Below, piece by piece: positions 1-12,151 of a stretch of DNA of 35,196 nucleotides. The translations under genes and the position numbers were made by a program. Every line of letters begins with the position of its first letter. The first letter of the stretch is position 1. Source of the DNA: Dimargaris cristalligena (Eukaryota); NCBI GenBank assembly GCA_003614675.1, contig ML002381.1, forward strand, positions 1 to 35,196, in the 5' to 3' direction. The notes under the pieces are model-generated. The model ran no database searches, had not been told where the DNA came from, and worked only from the letters and a program-made list of their open reading frames with translations.

Positions 1-388
1 ATATATATAGTAATGATCCGGTCTTGATAAAACCGATAAAGAAATTGATAAAAATAAGCTTCCCTCAATCCTGCACTATGCAGCAGTACACTATCAATCG
101 GTCATGTGACCACTAGCCACCTTGATACTCCTTTTTCGGTAAACTGCTTGAATGAGACCGGTTTCTATAGCCCAGAGTAGAGCAGCCCCCTACGAAATAA
201 CTGCCGTATGGACCCGCGATGGAGGCATGCGGCCATACCTCGGCATGGGCAATTAATTGGTAACGGGGTGCAGATTCCGTTATTCGCATTTCAGTTGCTG
301 TAGTTATTCCTTGCCATCATATCGTCCCATTTACCCTATTCCACACGTTTTCTTTCCCTTCCGATCCTCCTGTCCATCTTAATTAAGC

Positions 389-640
389 ATGAGTTCCAAA
401 GCCGGCCCCGCCGTTTCCAAGGCCACCATCCCCGAGCTCAAGGACTATATGGAAAAACGCCTTCTCGTGCAACTGAACGGCCGGCGCCGCGTTACGGGCA
501 TCCTGCGCGGCTACGACCCTTTCATGAACATCGTGTTGGACGACGCCACCGAAGAAATCTCCTCGGATCGTAAGGACATTGGTATGATCGTCATCCGCGG
601 AAACAGCATAGAAGTGCTGGAGGCCCAGGAAAAGATTTAA
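389..640 (+). CDS. SMX2: Small nuclear ribonucleoprotein G (SmG), intronless, 83 aa
   Basis: Sm1 motif PELKDYMEKRLLVQLNGRRRVTGILRGYDPFMNIVLDD and Sm2 motif IGMIVIRGNSI match SmG (SNRPG/Smx2). Confidence 0.95.
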   Translation: MSSKAGPAVSKATIPELKDYMEKRLLVQLNGRRRVTGILRGYDPFMNIVLDDATEEISSDRKDIGMIVIRGNSIEVLEAQEKI

Positions 641-993
641 ACCGCCTGCATTCACATATTGCTTGCTACCTCCACTCCCCCTATATACAACCTATTCCTA
701 CGGTCTTCCCAATCACGCATATTGCCACACCTCCTCCGTTTGCGAGATTATTGTTGTAAGGTTAGACGTCTTGTACAACTTCCACTATTATAAATTGTCA
801 TTTTGCTGTCTGATCTCCTGGTATTTCCCAAATTCTGTGCCATATGAAGCAAATGGAAGGCCAGTGTATATTATCCAGTTAATGAATATATTAAATGAAG
901 GCGGTGGGGACGAATTTAAGCAATATACCCCCGAAAGATCGCGAAAGCGGGTCGACAGAGAGTCGGCGTTGGGAGTGGCCAGTTGGTGGGCAC

Positions 994-2670
994 CTATTGC
1001 TTTTGGCCAAATTTCGCGGGGCGCTTCTCGATAAAGGCCTGCATGCCTTCGCGCTGGTCGGCCGTGCCAAAGGTGCTGTGAAAGAGGCGGCGCTCAAATA
1101 ACAGGCCTGACGAGAGGTTGAGCTCGTAGGCTTGATTGACGGCCTCCTTGGCCATTTGGACCATCGGGCGCGAGTGCTCCGCGATTTTGCCCGCGGTTTT
1201 CACGGCTTCATCCACCACTTTATCGGCCGGGAATACCTTGCTGACCAGCCCGGCGCGTTCGGCCTCTTCAGCGGACAAGTTCCACGAACCCGTCAATACC
1301 ATTTCCATGGCCTTGGATTTGCCGACGGCGTGGGTCAAACGTTGCGTGCCGCCCGCCCCTAAGGATTAAAATGAACAAGCAATAGGTTGGATTAGGTATG
1401 ATCCCCCCACCATTTTTTTTTTTAAAAAAAAATAGGACAATTAAATAATCTCACAAACGCCAGCATCAAAACAGTTGGATAATACTGCACATCTTACAAG
1501 TAGGAAGCGGTAACAATATCCTCCGGCGACTAGAGAATAAAAGGGAGTAAATGAATCGGCCAAATGGGTCCGGGCGGTTAGCCGTACCATTAGCTTCCCC
1601 TAAAATGCCTACCTGGAATAGTGCCCAGTTTAATTTCGGGCTGGCCAAATTTGGCCTTATCGCCGGCGTAGATGATGTCGCACATCATGGCCAACTCGCA
1701 ACCTCCGCCCAGCTAAGGTAAATCGCAATGGGGCGCCCGGAGAGCGTATGGGACAAGGGATGATGATAGATAAGGCTTTAGTCCTGGTGAGTAATGACGC
1801 GAAACTGTACGACAAATCCTCCATGGGATATATATATATCCATTCACACGCTCACCCTGGGTAGATTTTTATATTGCTCTACGACAGGGATAGGCTGGCG
1901 CTTACCGCGAAACCGTTCACGGCGGCAATGATGGGCTTGCGGGTCTTGGAGATTTGGGTCCAATGGCCCAGGAAGTTGCTTTGGAAATTTTCAATGTAGT
2001 TGGTGTTGGACATTTCCTTAATGTCGGCACCGGCTGGTTAAGGTGGTTTGGTTATGATGCGCGGTAGGATTTGAAGTGGATAAAAATAGCAGCGTGAAAC
2101 GCGAGGGGGGGTTAGTTGAAATCCAATCGACGCGGGCGTCGCCCCCATGGGGACCAGAACCATATCGTTTTTTGATTTTTATAGAAAATAATATGTTGAG
2201 AAATAATCGTAAAGAGGGGGGGATACTTACCGGCAAAGGCCTTTTCACTGCCAGTAAGGACGATGGCACCAATACCATCGTCATTGTCAAACTTGGCCAG
2301 GGCCTCGTTGAGCTCGGTGAAGAGGTCGCTGCAGAGGGCGTTGAGGGCCTTGGGACGATTTAGGGTCACCAGGCCGACCTGGTTGCGGGACTCGACCAAC
2401 AGGTGCTGGTATTTCTGGCTCATGGCGGAGGCGGAGACTGGGTTGAAATAATGATGATGGCGATGGTGATAAGGTAAGAAAAGCGGTGGGGAAAACGGGG
2501 CGGGATGAGTCTAAGGCTGTCGTTTCGGCACCCGGGACCGCCGAAAAAGAGACCGGCTTGCCGCATGGAGGCCGAGGCAACTTACATTGGCGGTATACAA
2601 TGCGGGGAGTGGGCGAGGCCAGGCGAACGGTGGACGACGCAAGGGTCAGTTTGGGAAGGAATCGGGCCAT
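994..2670 (-). CDS. ECHS1: Mitochondrial short-chain enoyl-CoA hydratase (crotonase family), 5 exons, 294 aa
   Basis: Exons 2670-2586, 2437-2231, 2033-1906, 1712-1613 and 1358-994 total 885 nt with GT-AG introns. The spliced protein has [42 protein letters not shown] and [20 protein letters not shown], so both catalytic Glu residues are present. The N-terminus is Arg/Ser-rich and acid-free, like a mitochondrial presequence. Confidence 0.95.
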
Positions 2671-3044
2671 GCTGAAGGAGGTTGGGGAAGGGCGATACAG
2701 GTCGTCTCTTTAGAAATTGGGTAGAGCAGGAATGAAGAGGAAGGGACAGAGGAGGGAACAGGGGCAAGGTGCAGAAGGGGGAGGGGACTGCTTAATACCT
2801 GCTACTGGCGTCGTCACCTTCCCACACACCCTAACTAATCTACTCAACCCAACCACTGACTGACTGGTTCCGCCTGCCACACACAGAAGGTGAGAGAGCT
2901 TCATGTGAAACCCCGCTTATTTAACCAACCCACTATGCCGTAAAGATTAGGAAAATTACTCGATTTATTACTCTGGAAATACCCCCCTTCCCGCTGTAGC
3001 GCAGTATAACATATACGCACACACACATATATATAACCGAAGCC

Positions 3045-4670
3045 TCATAGGGTCCCATAAAAGGGAGGCTGAGAGGCCCCCACTTTAATGATCGTAGGCA
3101 AACCCCCAGTCGGGGTGCTTTGCGGGCAGTGCTCCCCTGGGCCTGGGCGTACCCCGAAACCAGAACTGGAAGATTCAAGGACCGGTGGTCGAGGGGCGTG
3201 GGGGTCCTCGCCAGTGGCCGGTGGCTCACTGAGGCGAAAGAGGACGGGGTAAAGTCGAAAAAGCAAGGTGACCAAAATCCCGCCCAGGAAGCCCACCGCG
3301 TCATTGCGGAATCCAATGATAAGCCCCGCGGTGACCATCATAATCACAAAGTCGCGGGCCCGCTGGTCCTCGGCGTCTGGCGAGGCCGATTCGGGGAGAT
3401 GCCGCGAGTACCGCCGGGCCGCGAGAGCCAGCTCCGACCCGGATATGAAGAGCATCACCCCCAGGATCGAGTTGGGGAACACCTGAAATAGCGATACTAA
3501 GGAGCCGCCCATAAACAGGCCCAGCAGTAACTTGGCCGTACCGAGGACCAGAACGCTAACCTCGCTACGTGCACCAAAGTGGTACTGGCCCGCGAGTCCG
3601 CCCGATCCGTGGCAGTAGGGAACGGAGCCGAACAGACAACCCACAACGTTCATGAGCCCTACCGACATGGTGATGTGCTCAATCGACGCCGGGTGGTCGG
3701 GGAAAAGCTCAGCCGCGAGGGCACACACCGCCACCCCCGAGTTGAGTAGGGTCAGGGGCAGCTGGCCCAGCCCCGCCGTAAGGAAACCCTCGACGATATT
3801 GGGCCAGGTGACCAAATCTAAGCGGGGGTAATAAAAGCCTAGGCGAGGCAGTTGCTGGTTGGTACCTCCGGGTAAGCACACCCAGACCAGGGCAATCGTG
3901 AGCCCGACCAGGAAGAGGACAAGGGCGGTCGGAAAGCGGGCCCGGCGGTAGAGGGCAAAGACCAGGATAAAGCTCGCGAGAGCCCATTCGATATTGTCGT
4001 TCCAGCGCCACTCGGAGCCGCCCCACTGCGGATTGCGCTGCACCAAGTCCACCGCCTTGGTCATGAGCACCACGCCCGTCCCCAGCTGGATACCCTTGAT
4101 GACCGAATACGGGGTGTAGTGGGTAACCAGGCGAATGGTCCGGGTCGCCCCTAACAAAAAGACCACTGTTCCAACGCCAATCCCTGCGCCCATTACTTCA
4201 TGAAACGTGAGGGGCTTGGATAGAGCCATGGCCGCAATCGCTAATTAAGTAGATATAGAGAAATGGGTAAGGTAAGCCGTGCGATATATTAAGGTGAATA
4301 AATCATTGGTGATAGACCTTTGGGGGCATTAACGGGCTATTGGGTCTCGCTTTTCCGCCCCTCTAAATACGGCAGTTGGGGGACCATTGACCCGCACGCG
4401 CTTACCTTTCATGGGCTGGACACACATGGGTATCCGAAAGTGCAGACCGGTCAAAATGTTCCAGAGGCCGCCAAAGACGAGCGACGCGGTAAGCGAAATC
4501 TGGTTGGTTACGGACAGCGAAACGAGAATGGGAATCAGGGTGCCCAGGTCGCCAAGGCCCCCGCTAACTTCCTGCCAGGTCAGGTTGCGCCAATAGAACT
4601 GCAGTCGTTGGCGAAGGGCCCTCCTGCCCCAAGAAGGGGAAGGGGATTCGGCCAGGTCGCTAGAGGGCAT
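3045..4670 (-). CDS. MOT1-family molybdate transporter, 2 exons, about 486 aa
   Basis: Exons 4670-4406 and 4240-3045, with a GTAAG...TAG intron. Family motifs: EVSGGLGDLGTLIP, PMCVQPMKAIAA (spanning the splice), GLGQLPLTLLNS and PYCHGSGGLAGQYHFGAR. Many hydrophobic segments. The ATG at 4670 is chosen over the upstream GTG. Confidence 0.88.
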
Positions 4671-5992
4671 GTGGTTCAAGGGAAAGGGGAAGGGCAGAGA
4701 GTCTAGTTCCACGGCTATGGGCGAATGAGAGGTTAGTCAATAAGCAAGTCAAGCCAAGGTATTAGAGTGCTAAAGTTAAGTATTGTAGGCAGTAGGTTAA
4801 TTTTTTACAACGGAGAAACAGTTGGTACGAACGAAAACTCCCTTTACTCCCCTGCTAACAAGCAAGGAGAATTGGTGCTAGGGCTAGTTGGCACCCCCGT
4901 CGGCTACCTGTAAGTAACTCCCCGAGTCATACGACCCAAGGCCAACAGCCCTGGCCTGGACCTTCATGACGCATATATCCCGTCGCCTTTCCCACCCACT
5001 TGCCCGATAACACTTTGGGGAAGGGGGCTGCTGGTGTGTAACTCCAGCGGCAACCCAAAACGCGGTTGAGAGGTGGTGGCTGCATTATATATATATCTCT
5101 CTTCTCCTAACGGTGCAAAGCATCGCTTAACCCCCATTAACTAACCTTCCAATAGGGGGACCTACTGCGGATTCGCCGATATTGGCTCGTCTTGGCGAGC
5201 ATGGTCCCGATCAAACGACGGCAATTTGGCTCTGGCTAACCGGATATAATCCACTCACAGGACTGCCGATATCCCATGGCCTTGTAATCGACGTTTCCGT
5301 CCCTCCCCCCGCGCTAACGCACGTTGGTATAGAGCCCCTACTACCGGATTCGAAATAAACCAATGCCCCCCCCCAAATAATATACGAAGAAGGGTGGGTC
5401 TAAGGCCCCGCTCGACATTTTACCAAAATCAAGGGCGCTTATCAAAATACATCTGGGGCCAATGCCACTAGATGAGAGTATCCAGTATCCCCCGGGGCAC
5501 TGCCTAGTTTCCCCACGTCCTACTGGGACATGTAGGGGTTGGGAATAGATTATAATAAATAAAACTTAAAAGTTGGACGAACTACCAAAGTACGGCAGTT
5601 CCCCCCCCTCTCTCTCTCTCTCTTTCTCTATCCCGGTCCAACAGCTGAACAGGTATGGCGCGGATTTGACCGAATACACCCCCCCACCACCCGATAATGA
5701 GACACCCATTAGAGTAGTTGGTTTATTGAGGTGAGGACTGAACGATAAATTGAAATAACAGATATGGAGATGCTGACAATGAAAATATATATGAATATAC
5801 GGTTTGGACTATTTCGCGACTGGGAAAGGCGGGCAGTGAAACGAATGGCGGTAGTCGTACAGAAAAAGTAGGTGGCGAGGGGGGTTAGGGCAAGTGGTAA
5901 CCAAATCTCTTTATCTTGGAGGGTTAGCCCCCTTCCAACCCGGCAATGAACAGGACCGAGACGCGGCCATAATCGGAGGGTCGGGGAAACAG

Positions 5993-6697
5993 TTAGCGGG
6001 TATAGTGCTCGGGTTCGGGCATGGCCATGGTGGTGTGGTCACTGGAGTTTTCAATATAGGAGCTCAGAGCGGGGTCTTGGGACTTGTACTCGGGTACCTC
6101 AGCGGCCTCAGTGGACTTGGCTTCCTGGTTAAGAGCCGATTGGGACAGCAGGTGGGGACCGGGGCCGATTCCCGCATTGGTGAACATGTACTGGGAACTG
6201 CGGTTACGGACAAAGGTGTCGCGGAGCAGGGTGGATAACACGAGCATGAATACGAATAGGGAAAGGAAGGAAAAGGCAATGGTTGCACGGGCCACGTGGC
6301 AGGCGGCATAGGCACCGGTGTAAAGATAGCTCGAGTCGCAGCTGTTGGCCTTGGTGGTGACGGCAATGGCAATGGAACCAAAGAACCAAAAGATGAGGTC
6401 AAGGCCGGCCACCACAGTCTCAAGGATGGGGTGCACGCACCACTGCAGCAGGCCAGGGCTCTGGTTCTCAGTGGTCCAGTAGGCCACCAGGTTCAGGGCC
6501 GAAACCACCATGGCGAAGGCGGCGGTAAACAGGATGAAGCTGTGGGACGAGCTGTACCAATGGAGGGACGAGCCGCTGGTGTACTTGCTAATAGTGACGG
6601 CCCCGAGCACCAAGGTGATGAAGCTGAGCACTATACCAACCATGTAGAAGATCTTGCGAGCACGGAGGCTCTGCTCGTTGGTGAAGTCGAACCGCAT
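5993..6697 (-). CDS. MARVEL-like four-TM membrane protein, copy 1 (234 aa)
   Basis: Four hydrophobic helices. TM3 is ETVVAGLDLIFWFFGSIAIA, a Cys pair lies in loop 2, and TM4 begins CHVARATIAFSF, the pattern of fungal MARVEL proteins. Polar C-terminal tail. Confidence 0.82.
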   Translation of the reverse strand: MRFDFTNEQSLRARKIFYMVGIVLSFITLVLGAVTISKYTSGSSLHWYSSSHSFILFTAAFAMVVSALNLVAYWTTENQSPGLLQWCVHPILETVVAGLDLIFWFFGSIAIAVTTKANSCDSSYLYTGAYAACHVARATIAFSFLSLFVFMLVLSTLLRDTFVRNRSSQYMFTNAGIGPGPHLLSQSALNQEAKSTEAAEVPEYKSQDPALSSYIENSSDHTTMAMPEPEHYTR

Positions 6698-7140
6698 GGT
6701 TAGGGCGGTGGCGTGTAACGTAAGACGGGGGCCAAAAATACAAGGTTAGGGTTCGACCTAGTCGACGCGGGCTTGGTTTGGTAAGGTGGTAAAAGGAGGA
6801 CGTACGTGGTTAAACACCAAATAAGAATGGCAGTGGCCAGAGAGGAGTGTATGGGAGAGGAGAGAAAGAGAGAAGAAAGTATGCATAAAACTAGGCAGGG
6901 CAAGCAAAAGAACGAACCAAGGAACGGTACAGCCAAGACGAGTTTGGGCTATAAAATGGAGTATAATTTATTCGGGGAAGAGAGAGGGGTGGTTGGTTGG
7001 CTGGTTGGTTATATGCGCATTATAGGAAGATTATTTTAATCCATTTTCCCTGTACATTGAGCATGCGCATATCAACAGAGCGACCGGTGCTGACGAATAG
7101 GCGAGCAATGTGGAGGGGAGAAGCCGCGTTGTTATTCCAT

Positions 7141-7162
7141 CTCTCTCTCTCTCTCTCTCTCT
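7141..7162. repeat. (CT)11 microsatellite
   Basis: Directly visible dinucleotide run upstream of MARVEL copy 1. Confidence 0.9.
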
Positions 7163-7984
7163 TCTTCATTCACTCCTCGTTATTTTCCTTTTGTGCATTC
7201 TATTGTTTCTATTCTCCCTCATTCACCCATTATTCATTCACAGCTAACTGAGTCCATAGAGTCGCGTTGAATAGGAAAATCAGCGGGGAAATAGGCAACG
7301 GCTCTTTCCATGATTGGCGGGGCATTGACAGGCCGGATAACGAGGACCACTGGCGAGACGGGGGCCATGCCATCCCCCACCAGGCCATTGATGGATGATA
7401 CCCGTGAGCCTAAAACTGCCCAACCAAGGAATATGGGGGTTTCATGATCCTAATAAGGACCCAATGCCTCCTCCCCGCGGTATTCACTCGGCAAAAAAAT
7501 AGATGGGAAGGACACTTCCCCCCTCCCACTGCGACACCAACACTGGGTTCCACCCTAAACCACTCTCGGTCAATCGGGAAAGGGGGCATCAGCGGGACGA
7601 CTCCCCTTTATCCAAAATGGAATTCACTGTCTCGAATTGTGCACCATCCCCCCCCCTCCAAAAAAAAAACGAATAGAAAAAAAACACGCTCCACACTCAG
7701 CTGATCGCGTTAATACTACAAAAGTAGGATGATATAGTCGACGCACTCGAAAAGGCTCGGGACATTAAGGCCCGGTGTGGGGATACAACGCGGTACACAA
7801 ACGGGTAATCTCGATTTATGTATATTTAGATAATGAATGGTACCTACATCTTTGGGTATGAGTGTAATTAAAAAAACCATGTATGTAACCCCCTCCTCCC
7901 CTGGGAGAATCACCCAACCCAAGGGTTGGGGATTTTTAATATTAGGACCGGGCTGAATCAGCCCAGTGGCTACTACTACTGCTA

Positions 7985-8629
7985 CTAGGCATTGGGGGAG
8001 TACCCGGTCGGTGGGGTGGGCATGGGCATAACGGGTCCCTCTTCCGACATGGGAACGGACATATGGGCGGGCGGGGCGGGTACCATGGCCGGCGACGGTG
8101 GCGACTCCGGAGCGGGCTTCTCGGCCTCGAACGCCGGTGGTTGGTCGGAGGAGGTTGTGGGACCCCGGGTCCGCCACTGCTGAACGACGGCCCCCAGGGC
8201 AAACGCGTAGGGCAGCAGGGTGAACCAACTAAAGGCGATGGCAGCCTGGATCACCCGGCACAGATTCGCGTGGCAGTGGGGTGCGCCAAAATCGGCAGCG
8301 GTGGCGACGGCGGCACTGAACCAGAATATGACCAGGAGCCCGAGCAGGGCGGCTTCGGTAGGCAGTTGCACCACCCGGGCGGTCAGCTCGGTGCGGTTTA
8401 GGCGGTGATGGGCGGCGGGGGCCAAGAGCAGTACGGCACCCACTAAACACGAGAACAGCCCGGTGAAGAGGCCGAAGTTAAAGGACCCCGGGGAGTAGCT
8501 GTAGCCCACGTTGAATTGGCTAACCACGTAGCACCACAGAACGAAGGTCAAAAAGGACAAAGGCAGGCCCACCGCGTAGGCCTGGAAGCGGACCAGACCA
8601 AAGGGCTCGTACAGCGTGCTGGCCACCAT
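7985..8629 (-). CDS. MARVEL-like four-TM membrane protein, copy 2 (214 aa)
   Basis: Start context tccgccATGg. Motifs FGLFTGLFS, EAALLGLLVIFWFSAAVATA and CHANLCRVIQAAIAFSWF. Pro-rich tail. Confidence 0.85.
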   Translation of the reverse strand: MVASTLYEPFGLVRFQAYAVGLPLSFLTFVLWCYVVSQFNVGYSYSPGSFNFGLFTGLFSCLVGAVLLLAPAAHHRLNRTELTARVVQLPTEAALLGLLVIFWFSAAVATAADFGAPHCHANLCRVIQAAIAFSWFTLLPYAFALGAVVQQWRTRGPTTSSDQPPAFEAEKPAPESPPSPAMVPAPPAHMSVPMSEEGPVMPMPTPPTGYSPNA

Positions 8630-9002
8630 GGCGGATAGCTAGGGCTATATTTACACAGATGGGTAAGAAGGGAGGGAATAAGAAGAAACGCAGGGAATAG
8701 GTAGGTAGGTAATCGAATGGCGGTTCACAATGTACAAATAATGTTATTAAGGCAGGAGACCGTTACGGGGCGGCCTACGCGACGCTTATAAACGAATAGT
8801 CTTGGTTTCTGTCGTCATAGGGCGGAGTTGATGCTTGGTGGAGGTCGGGTGATTTGCCAGGGGGTCGTTCCCAGCATAGTGAGGAGGAAATCACCTTGCC
8901 TATTGTGTAGGTCAGGATCCCTCCTCAGCGGGTGATTGGCTCAACTGGGGGGGAAGGCAGGCTTGGCATGCTGGCTCTTTTTAAATAAATTAATATTAAT
9001 AT

Positions 9003-9024
9003 TAATAATAATAATAATAATAAT
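9003..9024. repeat. (TAA)n microsatellite, about 7 units
   Basis: taataataataataataataat between MARVEL copies 2 and 3. Confidence 0.85.
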
Positions 9025-9594
9025 GCCTCTTCCTGTGGCCCATTGTCATTACCAACCAAATCAGCCAGCCAAGATAAATAATAGGGCAATCGAAGCCCCT
9101 TACATCCCTTCCATTTATGGCGGGGACATCCCCTATTGTTGAAGCAGAAGGAGTGTGAGGCTGATTGTCTCGCATCGTCTCTTCCCTTACTACCCTCCAG
9201 CCGAGTTTCTTTTCCTTCTTCTTTTGTTTCCAAGCACTCTTCATGTCTCCTTCTTCACCTGATTACAAGAGAAGAAACGAAGAAAAAATCAGCAATGGTT
9301 GGCCCTGGGCTCGGTAGATTAACAACATGCTTTTATTATTGACTGTCCGGGTTCCCTCCCTCGCCCGGGTGGGCCTATTGAAGCTTCAGTGTCCCTCCAC
9401 CGTCGCCGTCCGGGGCGACCCGGGGTCCGGGTGAAGGGCCTTTGTCCGGTAGGTCGGCACCGGGGGCAGGGTAGGGGTGGGATGGGTCTACTATACGCTA
9501 TGGTCAATGCAGGTAAACTGAAATATAATGCCCGGCTCATAGACCCAATTCATGAAATGACAAATTGAAATGAAAAGAGTGGCAAGGGGAGGTT

Positions 9595-10425
9595 TTACAC
9601 GCGGGGTTCAGGCATCGCGGGCTGAACGTGGGTGCCGTCAACCACGGGGTGCGCGGGGTTGTAGCTGGCCGCATTGGGCTGGGCCGACGGGGACATCATG
9701 CCCGCGTTCTGGTGCATCATACCAGCGTCAGCCCCGTAGGCCTGGGGGCTGGTCATACCGGCGGGTCCGGCTGCCATCTTGTCATTGTACTGGGGGTTGT
9801 TCATACCCGAGTTGTAGCCGCCGGAGGTCTGGTTCATGCCGCTGTTGTAGCCGGACGAATTGGTGACGCCCATGGCTCCGGTGCCGGCGGCAGGGCCAAT
9901 TCCGGTACCGGTGGTCATGTGGGGCGCCGAAGTGCTCTGGGGATCGCTGAAGAGGTGGCTGTAGTTACCGAACAGGGTCATGGCCGTCAAGAACGACGTA
10001 ATCATCGACATGAACAGGTTGAACACAACAACCGCACGCGCCGTCTTACAACGGGCATCGTGGCAGCTGAGCAGGTTGGCCTGCGTGGCGGTCGCGATGG
10101 TGGCCGAAGCCCACAGAATCGTCATCAGGGCCAGCAGAGCGGGTTCGATCCAGTTGGCTCCGTGGCGCACCGTGGTGGCCTTGGCGCGGCTACGCTTGAA
10201 GCTGCGGATGGCGTTGATGAAGGCCAGGGCTAAGAGGGCCAGCAGGGAGAAACAGGCCATGAACAGCGTCCAGGCCATGGGTCCCTTGGCGTACCAGCGG
10301 CTGTCGCGGCGCACGATGTTGACCACAATGGCCGACAGCACGAACACGGCGCAGTTGAGTAACAGGGCGAAGAGGTACATGAAGATCCGAAGACCTTTGT
10401 ATCCCATATGAGCGGCGTTATTCAT
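9595..10425 (-). CDS. MARVEL-like four-TM membrane protein, copy 3 (276 aa) with low-complexity tail
   Basis: Start context gccaccATG. Motifs WTLFMACFS, EPALLALMTILWASATIATA and CHDARCKTARAVVVFNLF. About 115-aa tail rich in G/M/N/Q/P/A. Confidence 0.82.
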   Translation of the reverse strand: MNNAAHMGYKGLRIFMYLFALLLNCAVFVLSAIVVNIVRRDSRWYAKGPMAWTLFMACFSLLALLALAFINAIRSFKRSRAKATTVRHGANWIEPALLALMTILWASATIATATQANLLSCHDARCKTARAVVVFNLFMSMITSFLTAMTLFGNYSHLFSDPQSTSAPHMTTGTGIGPAAGTGAMGVTNSSGYNSGMNQTSGGYNSGMNNPQYNDKMAAGPAGMTSPQAYGADAGMMHQNAGMMSPSAQPNAASYNPAHPVVDGTHVQPAMPEPRV

Positions 10426-12151
10426 GGTGGCTAATAATAATCAACACTGGTAGTAGGGATAGGGGGAGTCCCGATTAATAATGGGTTTAGAAGCAGAAGG
10501 CAGGGGGGAGGTGTGACTAGAGGGTTAGTACAACAGATCTCGGTCGCAAATTAGTAGCCGTATCAACGAATAGGTACGATAGCAATACTACAGTGGACAG
10601 GATCGGTCCTAAGGTAATAAATAATAATATTCAGTATGGGTATGCAGGAAGGAGTAGGAGGGGGGGAAGGCCCCGCTGCCGGGAATGGTTTCATTTATAA
10701 TCCCTAGAGAGGGAGGGGGGTGCTTCAGACCATCGACGAGTTTCAACCCGATGTGTGGGACCGGGGGTTTCATATCCGAAACCAAGCCCGGTTGTCTCGT
10801 CTAATAACGACATCCCCGAAGCCTATTCCCAAGGAGGGGCGATCCCTCCCCAAATGACCAACTTGACTACTGTTATCCACTTACCGAAGAAACGAAAGAG
10901 TGGAGCGGTGGGTGATAGTGGCCCAAATAGCTGGTACTACAGGCAAACAGCTTTGACTGCAGTAAATAATGCGTAAAAAAATATACAATGAGGCCCCCAG
11001 CCAGATGGGCAGGTGGTGTAGGGAGATGCGAAGGAGTGGGTGAGTGGTGTAGACTAACCAAAATGAATAGGTGGAACCAGTGAATGAAATTACGCTTAAT
11101 TGAGTTAAACAGATCCAGCCGTAAGGAATGGGCAGCGTGTGCAGTTATATATGTTTTGGTCCAAGGGGGCAGCCATCGTCTCTAGACGAAACCTTGGGTA
11201 GAATTCTACCGGCCTGAGACCCGCGGAACCCAAGGAGTGGGACAGATGCACCGGATTGCGTGTTCACTTTGGTGTCGAAGCAATGGTTTCACTTGTGGAA
11301 CACGCCTGGAGCCCGCCCCACTAGGGTTTTTGGTGCGAATATGCGGTCTAACACGGGGGCGGGGGAAAGGTCCGCATTCGATACGCCCGGGCGGGAGGAA
11401 CAGACACATTCCCGGATTCTGACCTACTCCTCCGCGGCGACTGAAACCTAATGGACTGAAATCAAGGCCATCTGGGTCATCTATCCGCTTACCCCAAACC
11501 TGGTCTCGACGGGGGGGTGCTGGATGTATGGACCAGGGGACTGGATCGTTCTGGGAGGAGAAGGCGTCCCAGGTAATAAATAATATTAGACCTACCTATA
11601 GGCCTGCCCCTACCGCACATTAGAAGAGCGCACCCAGTAGTAGTCACACGTAGACTACGCCACCGGGCTCAACACCGATCATCACGGTGCATCAATCCTC
11701 GACGCCGCCGGTTTAGGATGAGTGGTTAAACGAGACATGTGCACCCGGTCTGGGGGTAAGTCTGAGTGGGCGCTGGAGGGGTGCCCTCACTCCCATTCCT
11801 GGGGTTGGTGGGTTCGGTTGAGGTGGCGAGATCATCTGCACGGATTTGGGGATAGGTTACATTAAATTAATTAGGGTGGTATCGGGGGTTACTCTTAAAA
11901 GCACCCCGGTGATACCAAATGGCACCCCTACCCCACGCCGTGCCTTGGTCACGCAAATGGCCAGTCAATGTGATTTGTTTCCATTTATTTATTTATTATT
12001 AGTTGAATAATAATCATAATATTCGTAATTACGACGCAGGTTGAAGGGGGCATGCGTACCAATTTAAAAGTGGGCTCCATAGCGGGAATTTATACGTCAA
12101 AGTGAAATTAGGACATGAGAGCTGAAGAGGGTGGAGGAGCAGGTTGCGCCA

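Noticed and set aside
913-996. Possible stop-codon readthrough giving a cryptic peroxisomal signal on enoyl-CoA hydratase
   Set aside because: The stop context is TAG GTG rather than TGA CTA, and the extension ends GYIA, which is not a PTS1.
6745-6765. GGTTCGA T-loop-like motif suggesting a tRNA
   Set aside because: No cloverleaf stems or A-box at the right spacing. The other instances lie in coding sequence or an intron.
11161-11197. Hairpin CCAAGG...TCGTC-TCTA-GACGA...CCTTGG between MARVEL copies 3 and 4
   Set aside because: Short, isolated and not repeated in the other spacers, so it is compatible with chance.
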